A stretch of DNA of 64,000 bases from Syntrophomonadaceae bacterium (lineage in GTDB: Bacteria; Bacillota; Dethiobacteria; DTU022), in NCBI GenBank assembly GCA_007119965.1, contig SKOR01000044.1, positions 8,270 through 72,269 of the forward strand. Direction: 5' to 3'. How positions within the stretch are numbered: the stretch's first letter is position 1; each line of letters opens with the position of its first letter. The notes beneath the pieces are model-generated. The model was given only the letters and a program-made list of their open reading frames with translations, ran no database searches and was not told the origin of the DNA. The translations under genes and the position numbers were made by a program. Of the stretch, positions 49,523-59,976 are shown one piece after another.

Positions 49523-49671
49523 TATAACAGTAATTTTGCAACTAGGCAACCCGGGCTGGTTAATTCATAACCGGTTGCGGTCATCAGCGGCAGCAGTCCG
49601 GAAAAGTTCAGGGCGAACCTGCAGGCTGCACGTCCCGTGGTCAGCGCGCAGATGCGGGGCCCTGATTTGTT

Positions 49672-52218
49672 TTATAAATTGTTACCGGTTTGCGCCGGTA
49701 TTTGATTCTCAGTCTCCGGTGCCTGGTGCCTGCGATCCAGGTAATCAGGTTTAATTCTGACTTTTTTAAGTAGCGTAGAGTTTAACACTACACTGATGGA
49801 ACTTGTAGCCATGGCGGCTGCCCCGATCATCGGGTGCAGTAACCCGAAGAAAGCTGCCGGGATAGCCAGGCCGTTATAAAACCAGGCCCAGAAGTAGTTT
49901 TGTTTGATCTTGCCAAAAGTGGCATTTGACAGCTTGATGGCCGCGATTACTGCGCTTAATTCGCCCCGGACCAGGGTAATATCTGCCGCTTCAATGGCAA
50001 TATCGGTGCCGGTTCCGATCGCAATCCCAACATTGGCCTGTTTTAAAGCGGGCGCATCGTTAATGCCGTCCCCAACCATAGCCACTGTCCCGTATTCCTC
50101 CTGCAGCTTCTTGATTTCGTCTACTTTTCCGTCGGGAAGCACTTCGGCCAGGACTCTGCTCATGCCAACCTTCCGGGCAATGGCGCTTGCTGTTCTGCTG
50201 TTGTCCCCGGTTATCATTGCTGTTCTGAATCCCATTTTTTCCAGCTCGGCAATCGCCTGTTCGGAATCTTCCTTTAGGGTATCGGCAACGGCAACAATCC
50301 CGGCCATTTCACCGCCTATGGCGATTAACATCGCAGTTTTTGCTTCGTCTTCGAGTTTTTCCATTTCATTTACATACTGTTGATATACTATTCCCTTTGC
50401 CTCCATCAGTTTGCGGCTTCCGATCAGGACCTGCTTATCGTTCACCGCTCCTTCAACCCCTTTGCCGGTTACAGATGTAAAATCTGCAACCTTTTGCAGG
50501 GTAAGGCCTTCAGCTTTGGCCTTTTCCACTATGGCTGCTCCGAGGGGATGTTCCGAAGCAGCTTCCAGGCTGCCGCCGTAAAACAGTAAATCGGATCCAG
50601 TGTAGCCGTTTACAGCAGAAATGTCGGTAACCTCCGGTTTTCCCTTGGTGATAGTCCCGGTTTTATCGAAGGCGATGATTTTAACATTCTTAATCGTCTG
50701 GATCGCCTCTCCTTTTCTGATTAAAATTCCATTTTCCGCGCCCAGACCACCACCGACCATGATAGCCGTTGGAGTAGCCAGGCCCAGTGCACAGGGGCAG
50801 GAGATGACCAGTACTGCGATTGTCGCCAGCAGGGCCAGGGAAAACTGCGGTAAATCAACGTTGCTCCACGGGAAGTTAAAGAACTCTACAATCGGAATAA
50901 AAAATCCCGGGAAAAGCGTCCACAACACGAAGGCGAGAACTGCGACCAGAATAACTGCCGGCACGAAAAAACCGGTGACCTTGTCCGCAAATTCCTGGAT
51001 CGGCACCTTGGAACCCTGGCTTTCCTCGACCATCTTGATCACCCGCGAGAGGAAGGTATCTTTGCCGATCTTGGTTGCCTTTACCTGAAGCATGCCTTGC
51101 TTGTTGATTGTAGAGCCGATTACTTCATCCCCGCTTGACCTCTCCACAGGCAGCGATTCGCCGGTAGCCATCGACTCGTCTATGCTGCTCCTGCCCTCGA
51201 CGACTACACCGTCGGTGGGAACCTTTTCACCGGGGCGGACAATCATAACCTGGCCAACTTCCAGCTCTTCGATCGGGACTTCGACTTCCTCCCCGTCGAT
51301 AATCACTCTTGCTTTCTTTGCTTCCATTTCCAGAAGCTTTTTAATCGCCTGGGAAGCTTTACCCTTGGCTTTCGCTTCAAGGAACCTTCCAACCAGGTGC
51401 AGGGTCATAATCGAGGCGGCCATCTCAATGAAAGATGTGATCGGAAACCATATAACAGCCAGGTTGAGCAGGTATGGCAGCAGTGAGCCCATCGATACCA
51501 GGGTATCCATATTCGGGCTGAGGGCTTTCACCGATTTAAAACTGCCCACGTGTGTTTCCCAGCCGGCAAAGAATATTACCGGAAAAGCAAGGACAAAAAT
51601 AATTGGCAAATAGTAAGGAATTTCTACCAGGAACATATGAACCATCATCAGGATCATAATCGGAGCGGCAAAGGATATGGCAAACCACATCCGCCGGGCA
51701 GCATGGGCCATTTTTGCCATTTCGTGATCCTGGATTTCCTTTCCCTTGCTGTCGACATCCGAACTCTCTATTACTTCGTAGCCGCTATCCCTGATAGTTT
51801 TCTTTAGTTTTACCTGGCTGGTTTCAGAGGGGTTATATTTAACAGTGACTTTTTCCGAGGCAAAATTAACTGTGGCTTCAGCAACCCCCGGCTTGCTGTT
51901 CAGGCTTTTTTCAATTCTCTGTGCACAGCTGCTGCAGGTCATGCCGGAAACAGTAAAAGTTATTGTCTTAAGTTCACTGCCGGTTAATTTTCCTTCGTAA
52001 CCGCTCTTTTTTACCACATCGAGCAGGGTGGACTCGTCAATCAAGGCAGAATCAAATTCAACATAGGCTTTCTCCATTGGAAAGTTTACCTGTGCTGACA
52101 GAACTCCCTCAGTCTTTTGCAGCGCCTTTTCAACTCTCTGGGAACAAGCGGTGCAGGTCATGCCGGATAAAGCAATAACCGTTTTTTCCGGTTCTGTTTT
52201 AGTTTCCGGGTTACTCAT
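49672..52218 (-). CDS. copA: copper-translocating P1B-1 ATPase CopA with two N-terminal HMA domains
   Basis: Two MxCxxC motifs ('[15 protein letters not shown]', '[15 protein letters not shown]') are present, plus the TM motif '[11 protein letters not shown]' (CPC), 'DKTGTIT' and '[10 protein letters not shown]'. Confidence 0.93.
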   Translation of the reverse strand: MSNPETKTEPEKTVIALSGMTCTACSQRVEKALQKTEGVLSAQVNFPMEKAYVEFDSALIDESTLLDVVKKSGYEGKLTGSELKTITFTVSGMTCSSCAQRIEKSLNSKPGVAEATVNFASEKVTVKYNPSETSQVKLKKTIRDSGYEVIESSDVDSKGKEIQDHEMAKMAHAARRMWFAISFAAPIMILMMVHMFLVEIPYYLPIIFVLAFPVIFFAGWETHVGSFKSVKALSPNMDTLVSMGSLLPYLLNLAVIWFPITSFIEMAASIMTLHLVGRFLEAKAKGKASQAIKKLLEMEAKKARVIIDGEEVEVPIEELEVGQVMIVRPGEKVPTDGVVVEGRSSIDESMATGESLPVERSSGDEVIGSTINKQGMLQVKATKIGKDTFLSRVIKMVEESQGSKVPIQEFADKVTGFFVPAVILVAVLAFVLWTLFPGFFIPIVEFFNFPWSNVDLPQFSLALLATIAVLVISCPCALGLATPTAIMVGGGLGAENGILIRKGEAIQTIKNVKIIAFDKTGTITKGKPEVTDISAVNGYTGSDLLFYGGSLEAASEHPLGAAIVEKAKAEGLTLQKVADFTSVTGKGVEGAVNDKQVLIGSRKLMEAKGIVYQQYVNEMEKLEDEAKTAMLIAIGGEMAGIVAVADTLKEDSEQAIAELEKMGFRTAMITGDNSRTASAIARKVGMSRVLAEVLPDGKVDEIKKLQEEYGTVAMVGDGINDAPALKQANVGIAIGTGTDIAIEAADITLVRGELSAVIAAIKLSNATFGKIKQNYFWAWFYNGLAIPAAFFGLLHPMIGAAAMATSSISVVLNSTLLKKVRIKPDYLDRRHQAPETENQIPAQTGNNL

Positions 52219-52253
52219 ATGTGTAGGCCTCTCTTTCTGTTCAGCTTCATCTT

Positions 52254-52280
52254 AAGATATACCCTATACGGGTATATCTT
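52254..52280. promoter_or_regulatory. CsoR-type operator AAGATATACCC-TATAC-GGGTATATCTT (11-bp arms) upstream of copA
   Basis: A perfect extended palindrome lies 36-60 nt upstream of the copA start on the minus strand. Confidence 0.65.
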
Positions 52281-52461
52281 AACAGACAATTGCGGTCAAT
52301 GCAAATCTTTTGTTTATCTACTGCTTTATTTCAAAGGATGACAATATCTTGCTGCCGGGATAAAAACTTAAGCCCTGGGCAGCAGGGATTCTGCCACCGG
52401 TTATGGAAATATTACGCGGAGAATGACTGCGCATTGAGTGCGGGGAGTGATACCTGACCAG

Positions 52462-53061
52462 GTGAAAAAATTAGTTATTGCTACAGGCAACAAAAACAAA
52501 CTGACAGAGATAAAAAAAATACTGGAAGGCCTGTCGCTTGAGATTAAAACGATTGCCGATTTTCCCGGGCTGGAAATGCCCGAGGAAGACCGGCCCACCT
52601 TTCGCGGAAATGCTGCTAAAAAAGCGGAAACAGTTTCCGCCTTTAGCGGTGAAATGGCTCTCGCAGATGATTCAGGGTTGGAAGTAGAAGCTTTGGAAGG
52701 CAGACCCGGTGTCCATTCAGCCCGCTATGCCGGGGAGGAGGGAGACTACGCTGCTAATAATCGGCTTTTACTGGAAGAACTGTGGAATATCCCTCCGGAA
52801 AAGCGCGGAGCCCGCTTTATTGCTGTTATCGCCATTGCTTTACCGGGAGGCGAGACATATTTTGCATCAGGGGTTTGTCACGGCCGGATAGCCGAAACAC
52901 CCCGCGGCAGCGGAGGTTTCGGCTACGATCCTCTGTTTGTCTATGAACCGACGGGCCAGACTTTCGCTGAAATGCCTGCAGCTAAAAAGAATATGATCAG
53001 TCATCGCGCCCGGGCCCTGCGCCAGGCGCGTGAACTGCTCGGCCGGCTTATGGACAGGTAG
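52462..53061 (+). CDS. rdgB: non-canonical purine NTP pyrophosphatase (RdgB/Ham1 family)
   Basis: 'KKLVIATGNKNKLTEIKKIL', '...DDSGLEVEAL', 'GVHSARYAG' and 'FGYDPLF' are present. The GTG start at 52462 is chosen by homologue N-termini; the track start is 52438. Confidence 0.82.
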   Translation: MKKLVIATGNKNKLTEIKKILEGLSLEIKTIADFPGLEMPEEDRPTFRGNAAKKAETVSAFSGEMALADDSGLEVEALEGRPGVHSARYAGEEGDYAANNRLLLEELWNIPPEKRGARFIAVIAIALPGGETYFASGVCHGRIAETPRGSGGFGYDPLFVYEPTGQTFAEMPAAKKNMISHRARALRQARELLGRLMDR

Positions 53062-53270
53062 GGAAGATACAACAGGTCCGTTAACCGTACCTGTAATCTA
53101 TAGCCTGAACCGGGCCGGCAATCCATAGAACATATTTAATATGACACCATAATATTATGCCGGTTGTCTTTCGTGACCGTTTCTGTCAAAAGGGCAGAAT
53201 ATCTTTTACAGGCTAAAGTTGAAATGCTTAATGGGGTTAAACAGGTTTTGCCTGATTACAAAAAGAGAGG

Positions 53271-53654
53271 ATGAAAAAAATGGCTAATATGATCGAGAAT
53301 TTTAAAAAGGTGATTGAAGAGTTAAAATCAGACCTGGGCGATGGGTTGCTATCCGCCGATATATGGCATATCAGGGATGCCCAGGGGCTGGCCGGGTATA
53401 ATACAAACCCCAAGGCAACAGCGCTATTCAACGAGGTTACTCGCGTGCTCGGAAAAACCCTGCAAGGTTCGGAATACCCCGGCTTGGGTGATTACTATTC
53501 AGTTCACCTCGATAACAACTCCCTGGTTGTGATTATTCTATTCGGCGACTACCAGCTTGGCATGACAGTCGATCTCTCAAAGACCACAATGGGATTATTG
53601 ATGAGCGTGGTTATGCCAAAGATACACAAAATGCTAAAAGAGTCGATATCTTAA
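53271..53654 (+). CDS. hypothetical protein, possibly roadblock/LC7-like
   Basis: The 127-aa product has a weak pattern of alternating hydrophobic beta-strands ('SLVVIILFGDYQLGMTV'). There is no firm motif. Confidence 0.35.
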   Translation: MKKMANMIENFKKVIEELKSDLGDGLLSADIWHIRDAQGLAGYNTNPKATALFNEVTRVLGKTLQGSEYPGLGDYYSVHLDNNSLVVIILFGDYQLGMTVDLSKTTMGLLMSVVMPKIHKMLKESIS

Positions 53655-53691
53655 CCTCCCACCGCTAAATTACCGGTAACCAATACCCGGG

Positions 53692-53760
53692 AAAAAGGTG
53701 TTTCAGGAACCGTCCCCTATGCACCCAAAAGGTGTTTCAGGGACGGTTCCTGAAACACCC
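53692..53760. repeat. second copy of the TAGGGGACGGTTCCTGAAACACC palindromic repeat family (B-type unit plus perfect 11-bp-stem hairpin GGTGTTTCAGG-GACGGTT-CCTGAAACACC)
   Basis: The B-unit sequence AAAAAGGTGTTTCAGGAACCGTCCCCTATGCAC is shared exactly with 24867-24934. Confidence 0.85.
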
Positions 53761-53780
53761 GCCGGAAGGAGCCTATCAGC

Positions 53781-55115
53781 ATTAATAATCAAACAGACCC
53801 AAATAAAACAGTATTAAGCTGGCCCCTGGCCGGTGACCCCGGTTCCTGGCGTTCAACGCTCTACGGGCTGCAATGGTTTGCCTTTGCCACTGCTAATGTT
53901 GCAGTGCTCCCGGTTTTTTTAGGAACTCAACTGGGGCTGGACCAGGCCGGCATCGCCGATTACGCCCAGAGAATGTTTTTCTTTGTCGGGTTGGCTTCCC
54001 TTCTCCAGGTAACTTTTGGTCACCGCCTGCCAATTATTGAAGGCCCTGCTGCTCCCTGGTGGGCAGTTATTGTCAGCCTGGCTGGGATTGCCACGGCCAT
54101 CGGTAAACCCCTTGAATTGGTGCGCACCGACCTGGTCGGGGCGATGCTGCTCTGCGGAGCGCTACTGGTGGTGCTCGGTTTTACCGGTATAGTTGGCCGG
54201 GTTATGAAACTTTTTACACCGCCGGTCACCGGGTGTGTCCTCATTCTACTATGCTTACAGTTAAGCGGGACCTTTGTCAGCGGTATCCTGGGGGCAAGCG
54301 CTGTAGATAATGGTTTTAATTATGCCCCGGTATTGATCAGTGCAGTGGTTATTGCCACGATAGTCATGCTTTCCATGAAAGCTCCTCCCCTGTTGAGGAG
54401 CATTAACGTGCTGATTGGTCTTGGCGTGGGATGGGCTCTCTATGCCTTATTCGTAAGTGAACCTGCAGAAGCGATTGAGCCGGCCCAGATTGTTCAACTG
54501 CCCCGGCTTTTTTCCTGGGGCTGGCCAACCCTTGATCCCGGCGTTACTATTACCGGGGTCATAATTTCATTAATCATCCTCGCCAATCTTCTGGCCAGTA
54601 TCGCAGCAATGTCTAAAGCTACCGATAAGCCCATGGAAGCAAAGGATTACAACAGGGCCGTTGTATTTAACGGGGTAAGCAACTTGCTGGCCGGAATCGG
54701 TGCATCAGTAGGCACGGTACCCTTTGCTGCTTCGACCGGCCTGGTAAAAATATCAGGGGTGGCATCGCGCAAACCGTTTTTTATCTTCTGCCTGTTGATG
54801 ATAGCAACCGGGTTTTTCCCGCAGGTAGGCGCATTCCTGGCCAGGATACCCCAGCCTGTCGGTTATGCCGTTTTGCTGGCCGCTTTTACCCAGATCTTAA
54901 TTGTCGGGCTCCAGGAACTGAAAAAACTGAACCTCGATCAGCGCGATTCCTTTGTAATCGGCCTGACCATTCTTGTCGGGGCCGGCGTGGCATCTCTGCC
55001 CGACGCCGCCCTGGTCGGCCTTCCCGATCTGGCACGCTACATCTTTGGAAACGCCTTGATTGTAGGGATAATTATTTGTTTGCTCATGGAACATGTTATT
55101 ATCCCCCGCAAATAG
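53781..55115 (+). CDS. NCS2-family nucleobase (xanthine/uracil-type) permease; N-terminus extended upstream of track start, probable non-canonical (ATT/ATC) initiation
   Basis: It is a polytopic membrane protein. The frame is open from 53754 and encodes the conserved N-terminal 'LYGLQWFAFATANVAVLPVFLG' (an NCS2 GLQ motif) upstream of the GTG at 53904. The strong SD GGAAGGAG lies at 53764-53771. There is no ATG/GTG/TTG between the SD and the conserved segment. Confidence 0.55.
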   Translation: MNNQTDPNKTVLSWPLAGDPGSWRSTLYGLQWFAFATANVAVLPVFLGTQLGLDQAGIADYAQRMFFFVGLASLLQVTFGHRLPIIEGPAAPWWAVIVSLAGIATAIGKPLELVRTDLVGAMLLCGALLVVLGFTGIVGRVMKLFTPPVTGCVLILLCLQLSGTFVSGILGASAVDNGFNYAPVLISAVVIATIVMLSMKAPPLLRSINVLIGLGVGWALYALFVSEPAEAIEPAQIVQLPRLFSWGWPTLDPGVTITGVIISLIILANLLASIAAMSKATDKPMEAKDYNRAVVFNGVSNLLAGIGASVGTVPFAASTGLVKISGVASRKPFFIFCLLMIATGFFPQVGAFLARIPQPVGYAVLLAAFTQILIVGLQELKKLNLDQRDSFVIGLTILVGAGVASLPDAALVGLPDLARYIFGNALIVGIIICLLMEHVIIPRK

Positions 55116-55119
55116 TTGG

Positions 55120-55170
55120 AAAAAAGGGGCTCAGAGGTGCCTTAAACACCTCTGAGCCCTTCTTTCTTCC
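55120..55170. terminator. bidirectional rho-independent terminator between convergent permease and mtbB
   Basis: AAAAAA, then GGGCTCAGAGGTG-CCTTAAA-CACCTCTGAGCCC, then TTCTTTCTT. Confidence 0.8.
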
Positions 55171-55230
55171 AGGTGCAGTCCAAGGGGGGAGGGGGTTTTG
55201 TGTGCTAATCCCGCCTCCGGCTTTCTTCGC

Positions 55231-56619
55231 TTAAAGGCCTGCCCTTTCCTTGAAACGTTCTACAGAGTTAATCTTGATATCGAGGGCCTTGGCAATATTG
55301 AACTTTGCTTCAATACCCTTGGGGAAGTTGTTCAGGTCAAACGAACGCCCCATACCCTTATCAGCCCTAATATCATACATCTTATCTGAATCGCTTAGAT
55401 CGATGGGGTCGACCCCCAGTTTTTCCGCTACATACTTTTTGGCTTCGTCGATCTTCATGCTCTTAGCGAGCTGTATCCGCAGAACCAGATCTCCGGCTGT
55501 GCGAATGCCACTCATGCAGGAAGAAACTCCGTGAGCCACTTCGAGGCTAAAAGTATCGCCTACCCCTATCTATAACCCGTCGGCCTTGCCGATTTCAATC
55601 AGCGCTTTATCGGCCCTGGTTACAGCGTCGATCGGCGGAATCTCGCTGGTCGGGATACCGCCGACACCCATGCCGACGTTAACGTGCACCGGGATATCTG
55701 CTGCCTCGGTGCAGGCTTTCACAAAGGTTACAGCGCGGGCAATGCCCCAGGGAAAGGACATCTTGGTGTTTGTATTGATTACGGCACCGAAAATGTTGGC
55801 CCCCGCTTTTTCTGCCAGCTTGACCTGTTTGTGCGGGTAAAGTCCGGCTACCCTTGTCCCGTCGTATTCAATTTTACCGTGCATCCCTAACACAAATTCA
55901 CCGGCGGCACCCATTTCAACACCAAAATCAGGGTATTTTTCCTTAATTTTTTCGGTAGCCAGCAGTCCGGCGAGAAAATCTGCATCACCGGAAGCTCCGC
56001 AGGTGTCGAGGTTAATGCCGTCAGCACCGGCCGCATACATTTCACCGGCCACGAAAACTATATCGCGGACAGCATGTTCAACCGCTTCTTCCTGGGCGGC
56101 TCGTGATTCATCAATCTTTCCCAACGGCAGTAGCTCTGACCAGTTTTCTACCGGACCGTCAGGCTTTGTGTAGAGGCCAAGATTCGGCATAGAACCGTAA
56201 AGAACCGGCATAACTGCGTTAAGCTGGGCAAGCTCCATGACCGGGGTTTCATTGTGAATAATCTGCTTTACAGCCTTGTAGCTGTAGTCCATGTTGCCGA
56301 TATCGACAGAGTCGGCACCTAAAATCTTTTCACTGACCAATACAGCCATCGAACGTTCCATGGCAATATTGGCATGATAGGTCATCTTACAGCTGCCCGA
56401 GTCGGAAGTGCTCACCACTTCCCGGCCTCGCTTGACACCTACAATGTTTCCCGGCATCGTAATGATCTCGAAGAGGTAATCCATCTCTTCTTCGGTCAAC
56501 TCAGGAATTTTACCGCGTTTAGCGGCATCTTCCACGCCTTTTTTTATTTCATCCTTAATTTCTTCCGCGGACATATAGACGCCGGAACCGTCGCCCATCC
56601 GTGTAAAAAATTCACCCAA
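55231..56619 (-). CDS. mtbB: dimethylamine:corrinoid methyltransferase MtbB with in-frame UAG (pyrrolysine codon) at 55570..55572
   Basis: The TTG start at 56619 lies behind AAGGAGGAG. The 349 codons up to UAG contain 'MPNLGLYTKPDGP', 'GADGINLDT', 'VLGMHGKIEYDG', 'VAGLYPH' and 'AGANIFGAV'. These match what I recall of MtbB ('MPNMGLYY', 'LAGLWPH', 'AGANVFGPV'). After the UAG the same frame continues for 112 sense codons ('IGVGDTFSLEVAHGVSSCMSGIRTAGDLVLRIQLAKSMKIDEAKKYVAEKLGVD...'), with no SD and only a GTG. The total of 462 codons matches the roughly 467-aa MtbB, which has pyrrolysine near 356. Confidence 0.8.
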
Positions 56620-56924
56620 AAATATCTCCTCCTTTACATTAGTTTAGGACTGGCCTAGCTAAGTATAATAGATGGCAGGGCAAACTTCAATCTATTTTAG
56701 CACCAGTAATTCTAAAGGGACAGGGTTGCGCGAGGAATGCCTGAATTAAAAATTTACCGGGTCAGCTGCCCTAAATAACAGATTGTTTTTTGCGCCGGGG
56801 GGGGCGCCGTAAATATATAACAATAAACCGCCTGCTGCCGCAGGGGAGTCAATAAAAACCTGTCTTGCACCTCTTATCCGGGTTGTCACACTGTTGGAAT
56901 GACGGCCCCTGCTTCTAACCTACA

Positions 56925-58097
56925 TTAAATCCGGTCACTGGCCACCGCAGAAAATTCCTGTTTAATTCTCTTCTGCAGTTCTATGTCTTTTAAGATCTTA
57001 TGTCCGGTTATAGCCATCGCCTGGCCTACGGTAAGCATGATGTTGTATGCTTCTTCACTATCGCAGAGCATGCTGAATTTGCGGGTGTGCCCGGGCACCC
57101 ATTGATCGGTAATGGCAACCATCGGGCGGATAGAAGGTGTGACCCGGCTGACATTTCCCATGTCAATTGAATCCATGCCTTCATCATGTGGGGAATCCAG
57201 GGCATAACCTGTTTCCCTGAGGCTCTCTGCAAAAAGATCTGCCATTACCCTGTTGCTGACCATCGCTTCGTAAGGAAAGCCTGATTCGGTAACTTCAAGG
57301 CTGGTGCCTGTTGCTATTGCCGCTCCCCTGGCGCAGGCGACTACCTTTTCAATAACTTCACCAAGATAGCGGCTGTCGCGGGCCCTGATAATAAAATCGG
57401 CCGCAGCCCGATCGGGGATAATATTGGGGGCCAGTCCGCCTTCGGAAACTATACCATGAATGCGGACATCATCTTTCAGGTGCTGCCTCATGGCATTAAT
57501 ACTGTTAAACGTCTGGATCACCCCGTCGAGTGCGTTTCTACCTTCCCACGGATCAGTTGAAGCATGTACACTTCGGCCGTGGAAGATAAACCTGTAATCC
57601 CGGCAGGCCAGTGATTCGACATGAATGCTGGTAGAACAGCCGGGATGAAACATCATCGCGGCATCCACGTCATCAAAAACACCCGAATTGACCAGCACTA
57701 CTTTGCCGCCCTCATCTTCTTCATTAGGGGTGCCGATAATTGATACCCGGCCCGGCATATCCCCCAGGCTTGCCGCCAGGGCGACACCCGCAGCCACCCC
57801 GGAGATGCCAATCAGGTTATGGCCGCAGCCATGGCCTATTTCCGGTAAAGCATCATACTCGGAACAGTAGCCGATATGGAAACCTTCCCCGCCATAACTG
57901 GCCATAAAAGCTGTTTTTAAGCCGCCGATGCCCCGCCAAACTTTAAACCCTTTATCCTCAAGGTATGTTGTGATCAGATCTAAAGCGAAAAATTCCTGCC
58001 CGCCAACTTCCGGGTTATTATAGATTGCCCGGGCCATTTCCACCAGTTTAACCTTTTCCTCATCGATCGTCTGCTGAATAGACGCTAATTCACTCAC
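56925..58097 (-). CDS. M20-family amidohydrolase/peptidase (AbgB/hippurate-hydrolase-like)
   Basis: The 390-aa product has 'GHGCGHNLIG', 'GTPNEEDEGGK' and an 'FHPG' metal-ligand pattern. Confidence 0.75.
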   Translation of the reverse strand: MSELASIQQTIDEEKVKLVEMARAIYNNPEVGGQEFFALDLITTYLEDKGFKVWRGIGGLKTAFMASYGGEGFHIGYCSEYDALPEIGHGCGHNLIGISGVAAGVALAASLGDMPGRVSIIGTPNEEDEGGKVVLVNSGVFDDVDAAMMFHPGCSTSIHVESLACRDYRFIFHGRSVHASTDPWEGRNALDGVIQTFNSINAMRQHLKDDVRIHGIVSEGGLAPNIIPDRAAADFIIRARDSRYLGEVIEKVVACARGAAIATGTSLEVTESGFPYEAMVSNRVMADLFAESLRETGYALDSPHDEGMDSIDMGNVSRVTPSIRPMVAITDQWVPGHTRKFSMLCDSEEAYNIMLTVGQAMAITGHKILKDIELQKRIKQEFSAVASDRI

Positions 58098-58491
58098 TTA
58101 TTTTCACCTGCCTCTTATAAAATATTAGCCCTTTAACATATGTTACCACATAGACCGCTTAAGGTAACCTTTTTTTTAAAAGAGCGGGTTTATTCAACAA
58201 AATTGCTTCCCAGCATAGTTAGCTTGCTGCCTGAAATAAGCATAAAGCGATAAACCATTCCTGTGAGCGTAACTTTGCCTGCATCTCCGGACCCTGAAGT
58301 GCCAAAGCACTGCTCCATTAATCTGAAGGTTAATGCCGGCCACAGCCTGGCCTGTCCGGAAAATATTATATATTGTGCCCCGAAATTTTGCCACTTCTTC
58401 AAAAAAGGATGAACCGGCCGCCTTGGAGAAATTTATATAAAGCCGGGGAAATCTTTTCCCTGTCCGGAAAAAAAGAGAGGAGGCGCATAAA

Positions 58492-59334
58492 ATGATCCCT
58501 GTGAGGAAGCTTGGCAGAACAGGCCTTTCCGTATCCCTTTTCAGCCTGGGCGGTGAATCGACAATTGAGAAAGCAGATCGCGCAGACGAAGCTGAAAGAA
58601 TAATTAACCGGGCCTTCGACCTGGGAGTAAACTACATCGATACTGCGCCCTACTATGGCCGGGGCGGAAGTGAAAGCAACATCGGACGGGTCATGGAATA
58701 CCGCCGGAATGACGTCTTCCTGGCCACTAAAACACCCGACCGCACCTACGACGGGACCATGCAATATGTCGAAGAAAGCCTTAAACGGCTGCGCACAAGT
58801 TACCTTGATCTCTACCAGCTGCACGACATGCAAACACCGGATGACCTGAATAAAGTTTTCGGGAAAAACGGTGCAATCAAAGCGCTTGAAAAATTAAAAG
58901 ACCAGAAAGTGATCCGCTTTACAGGCATTACCGGACACAAAGATCCCGACCTGCTCCTGCAGGGAATCAAGACATATCCTTTCGACTGTATCTTAATGTT
59001 TCTCAACGCCGGCGATGTCCATTACCTGCCATTCCAGGAGAAACTTCTAAAAGAAGCGGTGAAGCTTGAAATGGGTATTATTGCCATGAAAACTACAGCC
59101 GTTGGACGTATCTTCCAGCCAGGCGGCATAACTTCTATGAAACAAGCCCTCGGTTATGTTTTTTCTTTCCCCGTCAGTACAGCCATCGTCGGCATAACAA
59201 CTGAAGCAGAAGTAGAAGAAAATGCCCGCCTGGCCGCAGAGCTTAAACCGCTGAAAGCGGAGGAAATAAAGCACCTGGAATCACTGACCGAACCGTACGC
59301 CGAACAGGCCAACTACTTTAAGCACCACTGGTAA
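58492..59334 (+). CDS. aldo/keto reductase
   Basis: 'LGRTGLSVS', 'GVNYIDTAPYYG' and the 'YLDLYQLH' TIM-barrel AKR motifs are present. The RBS is GAGAGGAGG. Confidence 0.85.
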   Translation: MIPVRKLGRTGLSVSLFSLGGESTIEKADRADEAERIINRAFDLGVNYIDTAPYYGRGGSESNIGRVMEYRRNDVFLATKTPDRTYDGTMQYVEESLKRLRTSYLDLYQLHDMQTPDDLNKVFGKNGAIKALEKLKDQKVIRFTGITGHKDPDLLLQGIKTYPFDCILMFLNAGDVHYLPFQEKLLKEAVKLEMGIIAMKTTAVGRIFQPGGITSMKQALGYVFSFPVSTAIVGITTEAEVEENARLAAELKPLKAEEIKHLESLTEPYAEQANYFKHHW

Positions 59335-59387
59335 GGACAGCATGTTACTGGTTGTTATTTACAAATAAAATCTAAGGGAGAGTAAAA

Positions 59388-59762
59388 ATGGATCAAAAAA
59401 AGTTTGATGAAGGCCTTGCCGTCCGTAAAGAAGTGTTGGGGGCAGAGTATGTGGATAATGCGCTCAGCAGGATGAATGATTTTAATCGACCCATGCAGGA
59501 GCTCGTAACACAGTATTGTTGGGGAGATATATGGCAAAGGCCGGGGCTTTCAAGGAAGACCCGCAGCCTGCTTAACCTCGCCATGATTACTGCTTTAAAC
59601 CGTCCTCATGAACTGAAGCTTCATGTGCGGGGAGCGCTCAATAATGGTGTGACTGTCGATGAAATTAAAGAAGTTTTCCTGCAAAGCGCAATTTACTGTG
59701 GTGTCCCGGCAGCAATTGACAGCTTCAGGGTAGCAGAAGAAGTCTTTAAGGAAAGGGAGTAA
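59388..59762 (+). CDS. carboxymuconolactone decarboxylase-family (AhpD-like) protein
   Basis: The 124-aa product has 'QYCWGDIWQRPGLSRKTRSLLNLAMITAL', the CMD domain pattern. Confidence 0.7.
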   Translation: MDQKKFDEGLAVRKEVLGAEYVDNALSRMNDFNRPMQELVTQYCWGDIWQRPGLSRKTRSLLNLAMITALNRPHELKLHVRGALNNGVTVDEIKEVFLQSAIYCGVPAAIDSFRVAEEVFKERE

Positions 59763-59976
59763 TGTGGGCGGCAGCAGTTCTGACAGGCCAAAGCAGAACT
59801 TTAGAGAACTATGGGCCGGTAACCATTTTTGCAGCAGGCAATTAAGGGGTAATGGTGACGAGATGATTATTGACTAGCTTTTACTTCGGCCCGGATCCTG
59901 AAGGATATGGGCTGCTCAGCTGAGAAGGTTACAGGGCGGAGGCAGGGTGATCCTGACACCACTAGCTTGACCCATC

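Noticed and set aside
49904-51613. Several plus-strand ORFs (49904..50383, 50621..51088, 51092..51613) inside copA
   Set aside because: They are antisense shadows of copA with Ser/Pro-rich translations.
55231-55539. Independent 102-aa gene downstream of mtbB
   Set aside because: It has no SD and a GTG start, lies in-frame 30 nt after a TAG, and its sequence continues the MtbB alignment. It is treated as the C-terminal part of mtbB.
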